Assembly (NCBI GenBank): GCA_016188915.1
Contig: JACPGU010000002.1
Span: 158,346-222,345, forward strand
Reading direction: 5' to 3'
DNA: 64,000 bases
From: Candidatus Microgenomates bacterium
Lineage (GTDB): Bacteria; Patescibacteriota; JACPGU01
The translations under genes and the position numbers were made by a program. The notes beneath the pieces were generated by a model. It was given only the letters and a program-made list of their open reading frames with translations. It was not told the origin of the DNA and searched no databases. Below, in pieces: positions 37,406 through 44,783 of this stretch (within the stretch, counting starts at the first letter, position 1; the number at the start of each line of letters is the position of its first letter).

Positions 37406-37479
37406 TGGGCCTGGCTGGACTTGAACCAGCGACATCCACCTTATAAGAGTGGCGCTCTAACCAACTGAGCTACAGGCCC
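37406..37479 (-). tRNA. tRNA-Ile with anticodon UAU
   Basis: The reverse complement GGGCCTG-TA-GCTC-AGTTGGTTA-GAGC-G-CCACT-CTTATAA-GGTGG-ATGTC-GCTGG-TTCAAGT-CCAGC-CAGGCCC-A. The body is near-identical to bacterial tRNA-Ile2 (GGTCGCTGGTTCAAGTCCAGC), but anticodon positions 34-36 read TAT. Confidence 0.8.
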
Positions 37480-37486
37480 AAATGGG

Positions 37487-37562
37487 AAAGTCAAGGCGAG
37501 GGCGATAAGAGTGGCGCTCCCTCTGGGCCGGAGACTAACCAACTGAGCTACAGGTGCAGGAT
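37487..37562 (-). other. tRNA-Ile 5'-half duplicate / pseudo-tRNA fragment
   Basis: gataagagtggcgctc ... taaccaactgagctacagg repeats the D-arm and anticodon 5' side of the adjacent tRNA-Ile. A 15-nt insertion (cctctgggccggaga) is present and there is no T-arm. Confidence 0.35.
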
Positions 37563-37636
37563 ATTGATTATTTTTATTTTAAATAAAAAAGGCCAAGCGC
37601 CTATTCATTTTACTAGGAGTCTGGCAAAAAAGCAAT

Positions 37637-37999
37637 TTAATTGCTGTTGTCCGCTAGAAATTGAGAGATCTTTCCGACAGGACTCGTAGCTAGATGGTTT
37701 TTGATGAAATTTTCCATATCGGACTCTTTTGTTCTTAAAGTCCTTCCATTGATTTTCAAAAATAAAGAAGTGGCGAAAAGACTCGTAGCCGTATTTTTGG
37801 AGGAGAAGGGTTTTTTCTTACTGATGGCAAAAAACAAAGCTCCCGCTTTGCTGAAAATATCAGGGAAGACCTCGCTGTTTTTCATATAGGAAACAACCTT
37901 TTTCAAAATCTTCCAATCTCTTAGATCGGCTTTCCCGCCGGTTTCTGATATTAATCGGCTGTGGAGGTAAAAAATTTCGGCTGGAGTTAAGTATTGCAT
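37637..37999 (-). CDS. Doc (death-on-curing)/Fic family toxin
   Basis: 120 aa. LTPAEIFYLHSRLISETGG...ALFFAISKKKPFSSKNTATSLFATSLFLKINGRTL aligns with P1 Doc (HIFNDANKRTALNSALLFLRRNG), with a degenerate Fic motif. Confidence 0.6.
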   Translation of the reverse strand: MQYLTPAEIFYLHSRLISETGGKADLRDWKILKKVVSYMKNSEVFPDIFSKAGALFFAISKKKPFSSKNTATSLFATSLFLKINGRTLRTKESDMENFIKNHLATSPVGKISQFLADNSN

Positions 38000-38005
38000 A
38001 TAAAA

Positions 38006-38239
38006 TTATTCGGATAATTTTTCCAAATCCTTTTTATGCTCTTTGATGAATTCTTCAATATAACGAGCTCTTTCTTCTTCTATTTTGAAATTGGCCACCG
38101 GCTCTACCACTACGCGACGGTTTTTTCCGTCAACATTGACATAGACTTTGTCGCCAATAACCATACCGAGGTTTCCCAGAACTTTTTTTGGGATAGTGAT
38201 GGCGGCGGAAGAACCGATTTTGATGATTTTGTTGGCCAT
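38006..38239 (-). CDS. Antitoxin, AbrB/MazE/SpoVT family (Phd-equivalent) paired with Doc
   Basis: 77 aa. MANKIIKIGSSAAITIPKKVLGNLGMVIGDKVYVNV is a swapped-hairpin motif. The gene lies immediately upstream of the Doc gene. Confidence 0.6.
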   Translation of the reverse strand: MANKIIKIGSSAAITIPKKVLGNLGMVIGDKVYVNVDGKNRRVVVEPVANFKIEEERARYIEEFIKEHKKDLEKLSE

Positions 38240-38385
38240 TAGATAAAAAAATAATAAAGTAAAAAATTAAGAAATCAATGATTCAGAATTTGCTATTATT
38301 CTCGTCTCTCTATTTTTTTAATTTTTTATTTTCTTAATCCATTATAACATTGTTATAATGTCCTGCAAGACTGTTTTTCGGTGCT

Positions 38386-38413
38386 AAAAAACCCGCTAAA
38401 AAGCGGGCTTTTG
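38386..38413 (-). terminator. Rho-independent terminator downstream of lytic transglycosylase-like gene
   Basis: On the minus strand: gcccgc-ttttt-agcggg followed by ttttttag. Confidence 0.6.
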
Positions 38414-38486
38414 TGCTCTCCCCCGTGTGCCCCTTGCGAGGCGGGTTTATCCGCCGGAGGCGGGAGGGCGGGCTGGAAAGGACTTT

Positions 38487-39407
38487 TTAGCCCTTTCTCT
38501 TTTTTGGGCTCCAATCATAGGCATCGACAAATTTATCGATACGATTGTACCCATAGAAAGTAGTTCGAAGTCTACCCCGATTTTTGGCGTCATGCCAAAC
38601 TTTGGCGCAGTATTCCAGTTGCCGGTCCCAGTATTTGAAGCTGGGACTTTTGATGAACGCGGCGTGATAAGCCGAATTCAGTTGGCACAAGCCGTGGTCG
38701 GTTGTGCCGTTGGAATTTTCCCCCACCGCTTTAATATTCCACTGGGGATTTTCGGCGGTGAGGGTCAAGACAAAATCCTTTCCTCCCAAATTATGGGCGT
38801 AGCGCACCATCGTTTGTCTCCATCCCGGCCAACCTTTACGGTGTGGAATCACTCCAATTCGATCACCCTTTTTTGTTTTCGGTAGGGGTGTCTGAAGTGG
38901 TTTTTCCGGCATCAAGCCATCTTCCACTCCTTTTATTTCCAGGGGGAAGGTAGGATTGAAATATCGCGGGACTTCTTTGTTCAGCCATTGTCGCAAGCTG
39001 GTTTTTTGCACCAGCTCCTGTCCATCACGGCACTGACTGATCGTGAGAACGACATCGTTTTCCACGATTATTCTCTCCTTCGTGGCAAAACAGGTGGACA
39101 GGATGGCCTTTTTGGGATTGATGGTGGTATTACGAATACCATCTACTAACACCCAGGCAAATCCTGCCAGAAAAAGAAAAATGATGGCGCCACAAACGAT
39201 TTGGGCGCGATGGTTGGATGTTGCTTTTTGTCCCGCTAAAGCTACTAGCGGACAAAAAGCAAAAAGACTTTTGTCTTGCTCATTTACCTCTATCGGATTA
39301 TTCAATTTTCTTTCTCTCCTTGATTTTGTAAAGGTCCGATAAAGACAACGGTCGGATCCTTGCCTTTGGCTAAATCTAATCTTAACACAAAATTCAGCCA
39401 AAGTCAA
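38487..39407 (-). CDS. Membrane-anchored lytic transglycosylase (SLT-domain)-like protein, GC-elevated
   Basis: The C-terminal region LTAENPQWNIKAVGENSNGTTDHGLCQLNSAYH resembles the SLT catalytic block (AESGFNPNAVSPAGAQGLMQL), with Glu in the ENP context. There is an N-terminal hydrophobic anchor (IVCGAIIFLFLAGFAWVL). The true start may be an internal Met. Confidence 0.5.
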   Translation of the reverse strand: MTLAEFCVKIRFSQRQGSDRCLYRTFTKSRRERKLNNPIEVNEQDKSLFAFCPLVALAGQKATSNHRAQIVCGAIIFLFLAGFAWVLVDGIRNTTINPKKAILSTCFATKERIIVENDVVLTISQCRDGQELVQKTSLRQWLNKEVPRYFNPTFPLEIKGVEDGLMPEKPLQTPLPKTKKGDRIGVIPHRKGWPGWRQTMVRYAHNLGGKDFVLTLTAENPQWNIKAVGENSNGTTDHGLCQLNSAYHAAFIKSPSFKYWDRQLEYCAKVWHDAKNRGRLRTTFYGYNRIDKFVDAYDWSPKKRKG

Positions 39408-39417
39408 TGTTTTTTAA

Positions 39418-39460
39418 GTAAAAAAACACCCCCTTGCGGGGGTCGCCCTGTCTGTCAGGG
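39418..39460 (-). terminator. Tandem-hairpin rho-independent terminator after GC-rich secreted-protein gene
   Basis: gccctg-tctgt-cagggc and ccccc-ttgc-ggggg, with a T-run (a7 on the plus strand) on the minus strand. Confidence 0.6.
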
Positions 39461-39468
39461 CATAGGTT

Positions 39469-40056
39469 TTAGAAGCTTTTTGTTGGAATCAGGGAGATTC
39501 TCTCCCCGAGGCCGATTGGTGTGGGCAGAAGCCCTTCCGTCCGCACCCGTCTTTCCACGGGACGGGGAATGACGCTGCCCTTGATGACTTTGGCCGTTTG
39601 ACCGAAGCGTTCCACCACGATGGTGGTGTTCGGCTCGAACATGGCCGCGGTCATCGCCAATACCTGCTCCTCGTTGTCACCTCCGAAATAAGAGGCGCGC
39701 ACCGTCATGGAAGGCGCTTCCACTCCCGAAACGGCGTAGATCCCGGTCGGTTCACTTTCGGCGACTTCGCCTTTTTCGGTCAGCCTCATTTTCTCCGGCA
39801 TATTGCTTTCGGCGCTGCCGGTGGCGATGAACCCTTCCGGCTCCGGTAGGAGTGCGACTTTCATCGCTTCCGTCCAGCACAGACTGGCCAGCTCTGCCGG
39901 GATCGGGAAAGCGGTGGGGTCCGTGTTTTCCGTGACGCAGGCGACCATGGCCTGGGCTCTGGACTCCCACAAGCTGGTCGGACTGGCATTGGCGACCATG
40001 GCCCGGGCAGAAAACAAAAGGGTCAGGGCAAGCGACAAACAAACGGTTTTTTTCAT
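39469..40056 (-). CDS. GC-rich (about 60%) secreted hypothetical protein; probable horizontally acquired
   Basis: 195 aa with a signal peptide (MKKTVCLSLALTLLFSARAMVANA). The RBS is aaaggagg. The 60 nt at 39601-39660 are 62% GC, against about 32% in a typical sample. Confidence 0.6.
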   Translation of the reverse strand: MKKTVCLSLALTLLFSARAMVANASPTSLWESRAQAMVACVTENTDPTAFPIPAELASLCWTEAMKVALLPEPEGFIATGSAESNMPEKMRLTEKGEVAESEPTGIYAVSGVEAPSMTVRASYFGGDNEEQVLAMTAAMFEPNTTIVVERFGQTAKVIKGSVIPRPVERRVRTEGLLPTPIGLGERISLIPTKSF

Positions 40057-40179
40057 AATGCTGTTAAATCCTCCTTTTTTGAGCCCGCTGGCTCAGATTT
40101 TCCCGCTAGGGGAATATGGCTACATTAGCATAAAAATAGAAAAAAGTCAATACTTTTTCCTAAATATCATAGATGCAGA

Positions 40180-41913
40180 TTAGCGTATACCGAATAGTCC
40201 GCTTTTGACATAATCTTGTGTCCCGTCTGGCAGATTGACATTAATAACATATTTGAAGTTTTGGCCAGTGACCAATTTCGTTCCACTGGAGCCAGTGATC
40301 TTAACTGCCATCACCAATCCCGACACCCCTCTTTTGGTGATTTCTATTTTTTCCACATTGCCGACGGCTGTATCCGGATCAGAATTCAAGTAATTTTCTA
40401 ATGTTGCTTTGTCCAAAGTTTTGGCTTGCCAGCGATAGTGTGGCGAGTCTTCTTCTCCTGGACTCTCTACGCCTCGCAGCCATGACCGAGGGGTGCCACC
40501 CCAAACATTCTCGTTATTTTCCGTCCAGCCGCCACTAGTAGAAAAATAATAGGCGGTAATAATCTCCGAACCGTAAAAAAGTAATTGTCCGCGCGTTTCT
40601 TCAATCGCCTGGTTGGTAGAGGCTACCTCTTTCAGCGCTCCATGATAAACTTGGCAACTGGGCGTGTCGCAAATCTCACGATTTTTGTAAGCATAATTTC
40701 TAGCGGCCACCGCTTGTGCTTTGAGCGCTTCTTTCTGCCAGGAAGCAGGCATCTCTCCCGGGACCACTCCACGTAAATAGTCTTCCAGTGGCAGAATATT
40801 ATAAGTGACGAGTCGACCTGGCGAACCTATGACATTGATTTGGCCGCGGTAAATATTAAAAGAATTATATTTGTAGGTGACGGTTAGACGACTAGTAGCA
40901 TCTTGAGGTGAGAGAACGAGGCCTGGAACAGCCGAAACGATGGCGCCAGCTGATAAAATCTCTCCCGTAGATTCATTTTTGACCGAGCCACTGGCGACAA
41001 TGATGGCGCCACCGCCTGGCGAAGCCGACAATTTTACTTTGATATCAATACCGTCTGTATTGGCTTGCTTTAAATAGGTGCCTTGATAATAATGGGTCAA
41101 AATATCTTCAAAATCTTTACCATTTTTGGCCATCGCGTTAGCGCCATATTGGCTCATACCCAAACCGTGCGGTGTGCCGGCACCGGCGATGGTGATGGTA
41201 TTTTGCAGAGAAAAATCTACTACATTCAGATTGATGACAGGGCTATTATTGGCCTTGGGTATAGGCGGTGGATCTAGCGCCAAGATTTGCTGTTCTACTT
41301 CGCGGCGGTTTTTTTCTAAATCTTTTATTTTGTTTTCTTCTTCTATAATAGAGGCGCGCAAAGAAGCTAATTGATTTTGCCAAATATCAATTTGTGAGAG
41401 TAAAACTTCGCGGCGAGTTTGAGCGATGACAATGCCTTGTTCTAAAATCTTTTTTTCTTCGTCTATTTTTTTTATTTCGGTAACGATTTTTTCTTGGGCG
41501 CTATGAATGTAGATTTGATTGCGGATTAAATCGTTCAAAGATTCAGCCGACAGCAGAGCCAAATAGCCAATGCTGCCTGAACGATTGATATAAAAACGGC
41601 GTAAAAGAGTGTCTTTTTGCTCTTTGGTTTGGTCTAATATGACGGTCGCCTCTTTGATGTTTTGTTCTAATTCTTCTAGCTCTTTTTTATTAACCAGTAT
41701 TTGATTTTGAGCACTGCCGAGGCTCGCCATAGCCTCCGAGCTTTGGCCTTGAAAATTGGCTATATTTTGGATGAAGCTTTCTTGTTCTTTGGCTATTTTT
41801 TCCAAATCACGTAGGAGCTCTTCTTTGGTTTTGGCAAAGGCGATTCCGGCGCTATCCCAAAAAATAACCAAGGCCAAAAAAAAGATAATTATTTTTTTAT
41901 ATTTTTTTCTCAT
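40180..41913 (-). CDS. SpoIID/LytB-domain protein with N-terminal anchor and long coiled coil
   Basis: The C-terminal half carries SpoIID motifs (LEDYLRGVVPGEMPASW..EALKAQAVAARNYAY...CDTPSCQVYHG...AYYFSTSGGWTENNENVWGG; GLGMSQYGANAMA). The N-terminal 250 aa are coiled coil. Confidence 0.85.
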   Translation of the reverse strand: MRKKYKKIIIFFLALVIFWDSAGIAFAKTKEELLRDLEKIAKEQESFIQNIANFQGQSSEAMASLGSAQNQILVNKKELEELEQNIKEATVILDQTKEQKDTLLRRFYINRSGSIGYLALLSAESLNDLIRNQIYIHSAQEKIVTEIKKIDEEKKILEQGIVIAQTRREVLLSQIDIWQNQLASLRASIIEEENKIKDLEKNRREVEQQILALDPPPIPKANNSPVINLNVVDFSLQNTITIAGAGTPHGLGMSQYGANAMAKNGKDFEDILTHYYQGTYLKQANTDGIDIKVKLSASPGGGAIIVASGSVKNESTGEILSAGAIVSAVPGLVLSPQDATSRLTVTYKYNSFNIYRGQINVIGSPGRLVTYNILPLEDYLRGVVPGEMPASWQKEALKAQAVAARNYAYKNREICDTPSCQVYHGALKEVASTNQAIEETRGQLLFYGSEIITAYYFSTSGGWTENNENVWGGTPRSWLRGVESPGEEDSPHYRWQAKTLDKATLENYLNSDPDTAVGNVEKIEITKRGVSGLVMAVKITGSSGTKLVTGQNFKYVINVNLPDGTQDYVKSGLFGIR

Positions 41914-41971
41914 AGGATTTTTTGGGTAATTTAAGAATTGTGTCTTGCAGATATTTTAACACAACTGCTTA

Positions 41972-42011
41972 GACGTTCAACGGCGTGCTGTAGGACACGA
42001 CGTTGAACGTC
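41972..42011. promoter_or_regulatory. Perfect 11-bp inverted repeat with 18-nt spacer (candidate operator) in divergent promoter region
   Basis: gacgttcaacg - N18 - cgttgaacgtc lies between the SpoIID-like gene (minus) and ORF 42094-42429 (plus). A -35/-10-like ttgcct-17-tattat follows. Confidence 0.45.
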
Positions 42012-42093
42012 ATGTATGTAAAGCTTGCCTTTTTGGCGGAAAAATGATATTATGGCTATATTAGCGAAAAAAAAACGAAAGGGATAGAGCGCT

Positions 42094-42429
42094 ATGAATA
42101 CCACAACAGTAGGATCTTTGTTCTTTTTTTTGAAAGAAGGAGTGTCTTGGGAGAAAATTTTGGAAAAGATGAAAATCTCCCATGACGACGGTCCCGTTTT
42201 TGTCAACATGATTCCTGTCGGTGGCAAAAAATTTCCAGTCATATCCTTCTTCGATATGGGAGTGGGATTTTTCGGAGGAGAATCCGGTAGACTCGTCTTG
42301 GTGGTCAATCTCATATCGTCAGATTACGAGGAGGGATTGACGGAGAAAATCAGAAGACTTTTGGCTGATTTTTTGGCCGATTCCAATCCGGAGAAAAGAG
42401 AAAATGCATATAGCTTCTATTCTCTTTGA
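42094..42429 (+). CDS. Hypothetical protein (111 aa)
   Basis: An ORF with plausible promoter placement. No recognisable motif. Confidence 0.4.
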   Translation: MNTTTVGSLFFFLKEGVSWEKILEKMKISHDDGPVFVNMIPVGGKKFPVISFFDMGVGFFGGESGRLVLVVNLISSDYEEGLTEKIRRLLADFLADSNPEKRENAYSFYSL

Positions 42430-42681
42430 CGACCATCTTTCTCGATTTTTCCGTTTGCCTCCGCTGCCGCGGAGGCTTTTATTTCTGTAATTCTGTAATA
42501 TCGTAATGAAAAGTCTTGAGCTGGAATTTGAGCTCAAGCATTTGACAAAAAATAATTTTTATGATATAATGATAGATAAGAAGGAATTTTAGCAAGAGTA
42601 ATCTTGCGAGATCGACTCTTTTTGAGATATACTATAACTTCAAGCTATTTTATGAATTTTACTGAAAGCAAAAACGACACT

Positions 42682-44109
42682 ATGATGAGGGATCTTACGC
42701 CCAAACAACAAGTCGTTGATCTCATCAGAAAAAGCCAGAATATTTTAGTGGCCACCCATGTGCGACCCGATCATGACGCGCTCTCTTCTTCTTTGGCCTT
42801 GATGCTTTTTTTACGCAAAATGGGCAAAAGAGCCGATTTAGTTGTGCCAGATACTTTGGGCCCGGAAAAAGATTTTTTGTCTGGCGGAGATCAGATTCTT
42901 GCCAGTTTACCTGTCAGTCGCGATATCGTGGTAAAAATAAAAAGTCCGACTGGGCAAGTGGGCAAGATTTCCTACCAAAAAGACAATGGCGGAGGAGTGT
43001 CCTTGGTGATTTCTCCTAGCGATGATTATTTGAAAAAAGAGCATATCACGGTAGAGGATTCAAGTATTGCCTATGATTTGATCATTGCTTTGGATACGCC
43101 AAATCTGGAAAGATTGAGCCTTTATGCCAACAATAGAAATATTTTTTCCCAGACGCCGGTGATAAATATTGACCATCATGCCACTAATAATTATTTTGGC
43201 GCGGCCAATCTAGTAGATATAAATTCAGCCGCCACGGCAGAGATTTTAGTCTCTCTCTTTGAGGCCTTAGACAAGACCTTGCTAGACGGAGAAATGGCTA
43301 CATTGCTTTTGGCGGGTATCTTGACCGATACTGATCGTTTTCAAAATACCAATACCACGCCCAAATCACTAACTGTTTCGGCGCAATTGATTGCGGCTGG
43401 AGCGCGACGTTCAGAAATAGTTAAAAAAATATTCAAAGCTCGTCCAATCGGAGTTTTACGTGCCTGGGGCGATATTTTGTCCAATATCAAAGAGGATAAA
43501 GAGCACAAAATTATTTGGTCTACTCTCCCCTACGCTAAACTTTCAGAATATCAAATAGGAGAAGGTGGTATTGGCCATATTGTAGGCGAACTTATGTCAG
43601 TAGCTCCGACGGTAAAAATAGCTTTTCTTTTGGTAGAAAGAAGCCCGGGATTGGTTACGGTCAGTCTTCGTAGCGAAGAGGGGGTAGATGTAGACAAAAT
43701 AGCTTTGTCCCTGGGCGGTGGTGGTCACAAGCAAGCGGCCGGATGTAAATTGGAAAACATGTCTCTGGCGGAAGCGGAAAAAATAGTCAAAGACAAAGTC
43801 ATAATGAGCCTTTCTGGCCAGGCAGAAAAACCTTATCAAAGATTGCCAGTCTCGCCTATCTTGGAACAAAAAGAAGAGAAAGCCCATTCTTCTGACGATG
43901 ATTTATACACTCCTTCCCTGTCCGATATTGATTCCGATAAGCCTAAAATAGTGGAAGATGGCAAATCTATCTTGCAAAAAGTTTTGAAAGCTAAAGAAGA
44001 GAAAAAAGAAGACAGAATTGATTTTGCCAAATTGGAGCAGGAAGCCAAACAAGAAAAAAAACCTCGCATTATTGTCAATGATTGGGATGAAGACGAGGAT
44101 TATGAATAG
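42682..44109 (+). CDS. DHH-family phosphoesterase (NrnA-like) with long acidic/Lys-rich C-terminal tail
   Basis: The DHH motifs are ATHVRPDHDALSSSLAL and NIDHHATNNYFG. The DHHA1 region is GGGGHKQAAG. The start is set at MMRDL (the track ORF begins at 42604). The tail is roughly 150 aa of EEK/D-rich low-complexity sequence. Confidence 0.75.
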   Translation: MMRDLTPKQQVVDLIRKSQNILVATHVRPDHDALSSSLALMLFLRKMGKRADLVVPDTLGPEKDFLSGGDQILASLPVSRDIVVKIKSPTGQVGKISYQKDNGGGVSLVISPSDDYLKKEHITVEDSSIAYDLIIALDTPNLERLSLYANNRNIFSQTPVINIDHHATNNYFGAANLVDINSAATAEILVSLFEALDKTLLDGEMATLLLAGILTDTDRFQNTNTTPKSLTVSAQLIAAGARRSEIVKKIFKARPIGVLRAWGDILSNIKEDKEHKIIWSTLPYAKLSEYQIGEGGIGHIVGELMSVAPTVKIAFLLVERSPGLVTVSLRSEEGVDVDKIALSLGGGGHKQAAGCKLENMSLAEAEKIVKDKVIMSLSGQAEKPYQRLPVSPILEQKEEKAHSSDDDLYTPSLSDIDSDKPKIVEDGKSILQKVLKAKEEKKEDRIDFAKLEQEAKQEKKPRIIVNDWDEDEDYE

Positions 44110-44310
44110 TAGGTAAGTAAGCCACCGCCTTTGGCGGGATAATCAAGTAAACAAAGGCAAAAATTACATTGAGCTTTGATTATTTGATTAATTGTTTTAT
44201 TGATTTCTTGACTATAATAGAGTTTTGTGCTAACATGATACTTAAGTTTAGTAATTTTAGAAGAGTTCTCGGTTTTGCCGGCTCTTATCACGAAGAGGAG
44301 TTGTTTTTTT

Positions 44311-44580
44311 ATGGCTTTAACTATTGAGGAAAAGAAAAAGGCAATTAATACTTTTTCCAAAGATGGAAAAGATACCGGATCGGCTTCGTCCCAGGTTTCT
44401 CTTTTGACGGCCAAAATTCATAAATTGAACGAGCATCTGAAAAAAAATATTCATGATTTCTCTTCCAAGAGAGGACTTTTGTCCAATGTTGGCCAAAGGC
44501 GCAAGATGTTAAAATATTTAAGCCAAAAAGATCCCAAAGAATACGAAAAAGTTTTGAAAGAATTGGGATTAAGGAAATAG
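44311..44580 (+). CDS. rpsO: 30S ribosomal protein S15
   Basis: MALTIEEKKKAIN...SSQVSLLTAKIHKLNEHLKKNIHDFSSKRGLLSNVGQRRKMLKYL...LGLRK is canonical S15. The start is at MALT (the track ORF begins upstream at 44275). Confidence 0.9.
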   Translation: MALTIEEKKKAINTFSKDGKDTGSASSQVSLLTAKIHKLNEHLKKNIHDFSSKRGLLSNVGQRRKMLKYLSQKDPKEYEKVLKELGLRK

Positions 44581-44783
44581 GCTACTACGAATTTACAAAT
44601 TGCGCACTAATGTACAAATAGTACGAATGTGGCTGATTAGTATTATTCGTATATTCGTAAAGATTCTTAAATTAGTAGTAAAAGAGATTTTGTCTCGACA
44701 GAAGTAGAGTTAGCCGCCAAATATTTTGACGCCGAACCCTATATCTGTCACCAAGACTTTGATCTCAAAAAGGAGATCCGCCG

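Noticed and set aside
38427-38885. 152-aa plus-strand ORF
   Set aside because: It is antisense to the SLT-like gene and spans the minus-strand terminator at 38386-38413. It has no signals.
41931-42314. 127-aa minus-strand ORF overlapping the divergent promoter and gene 42094-42429
   Set aside because: It covers the 11-bp inverted repeat and promoter elements and is antisense to the plus-strand ORF. It is likely spurious.
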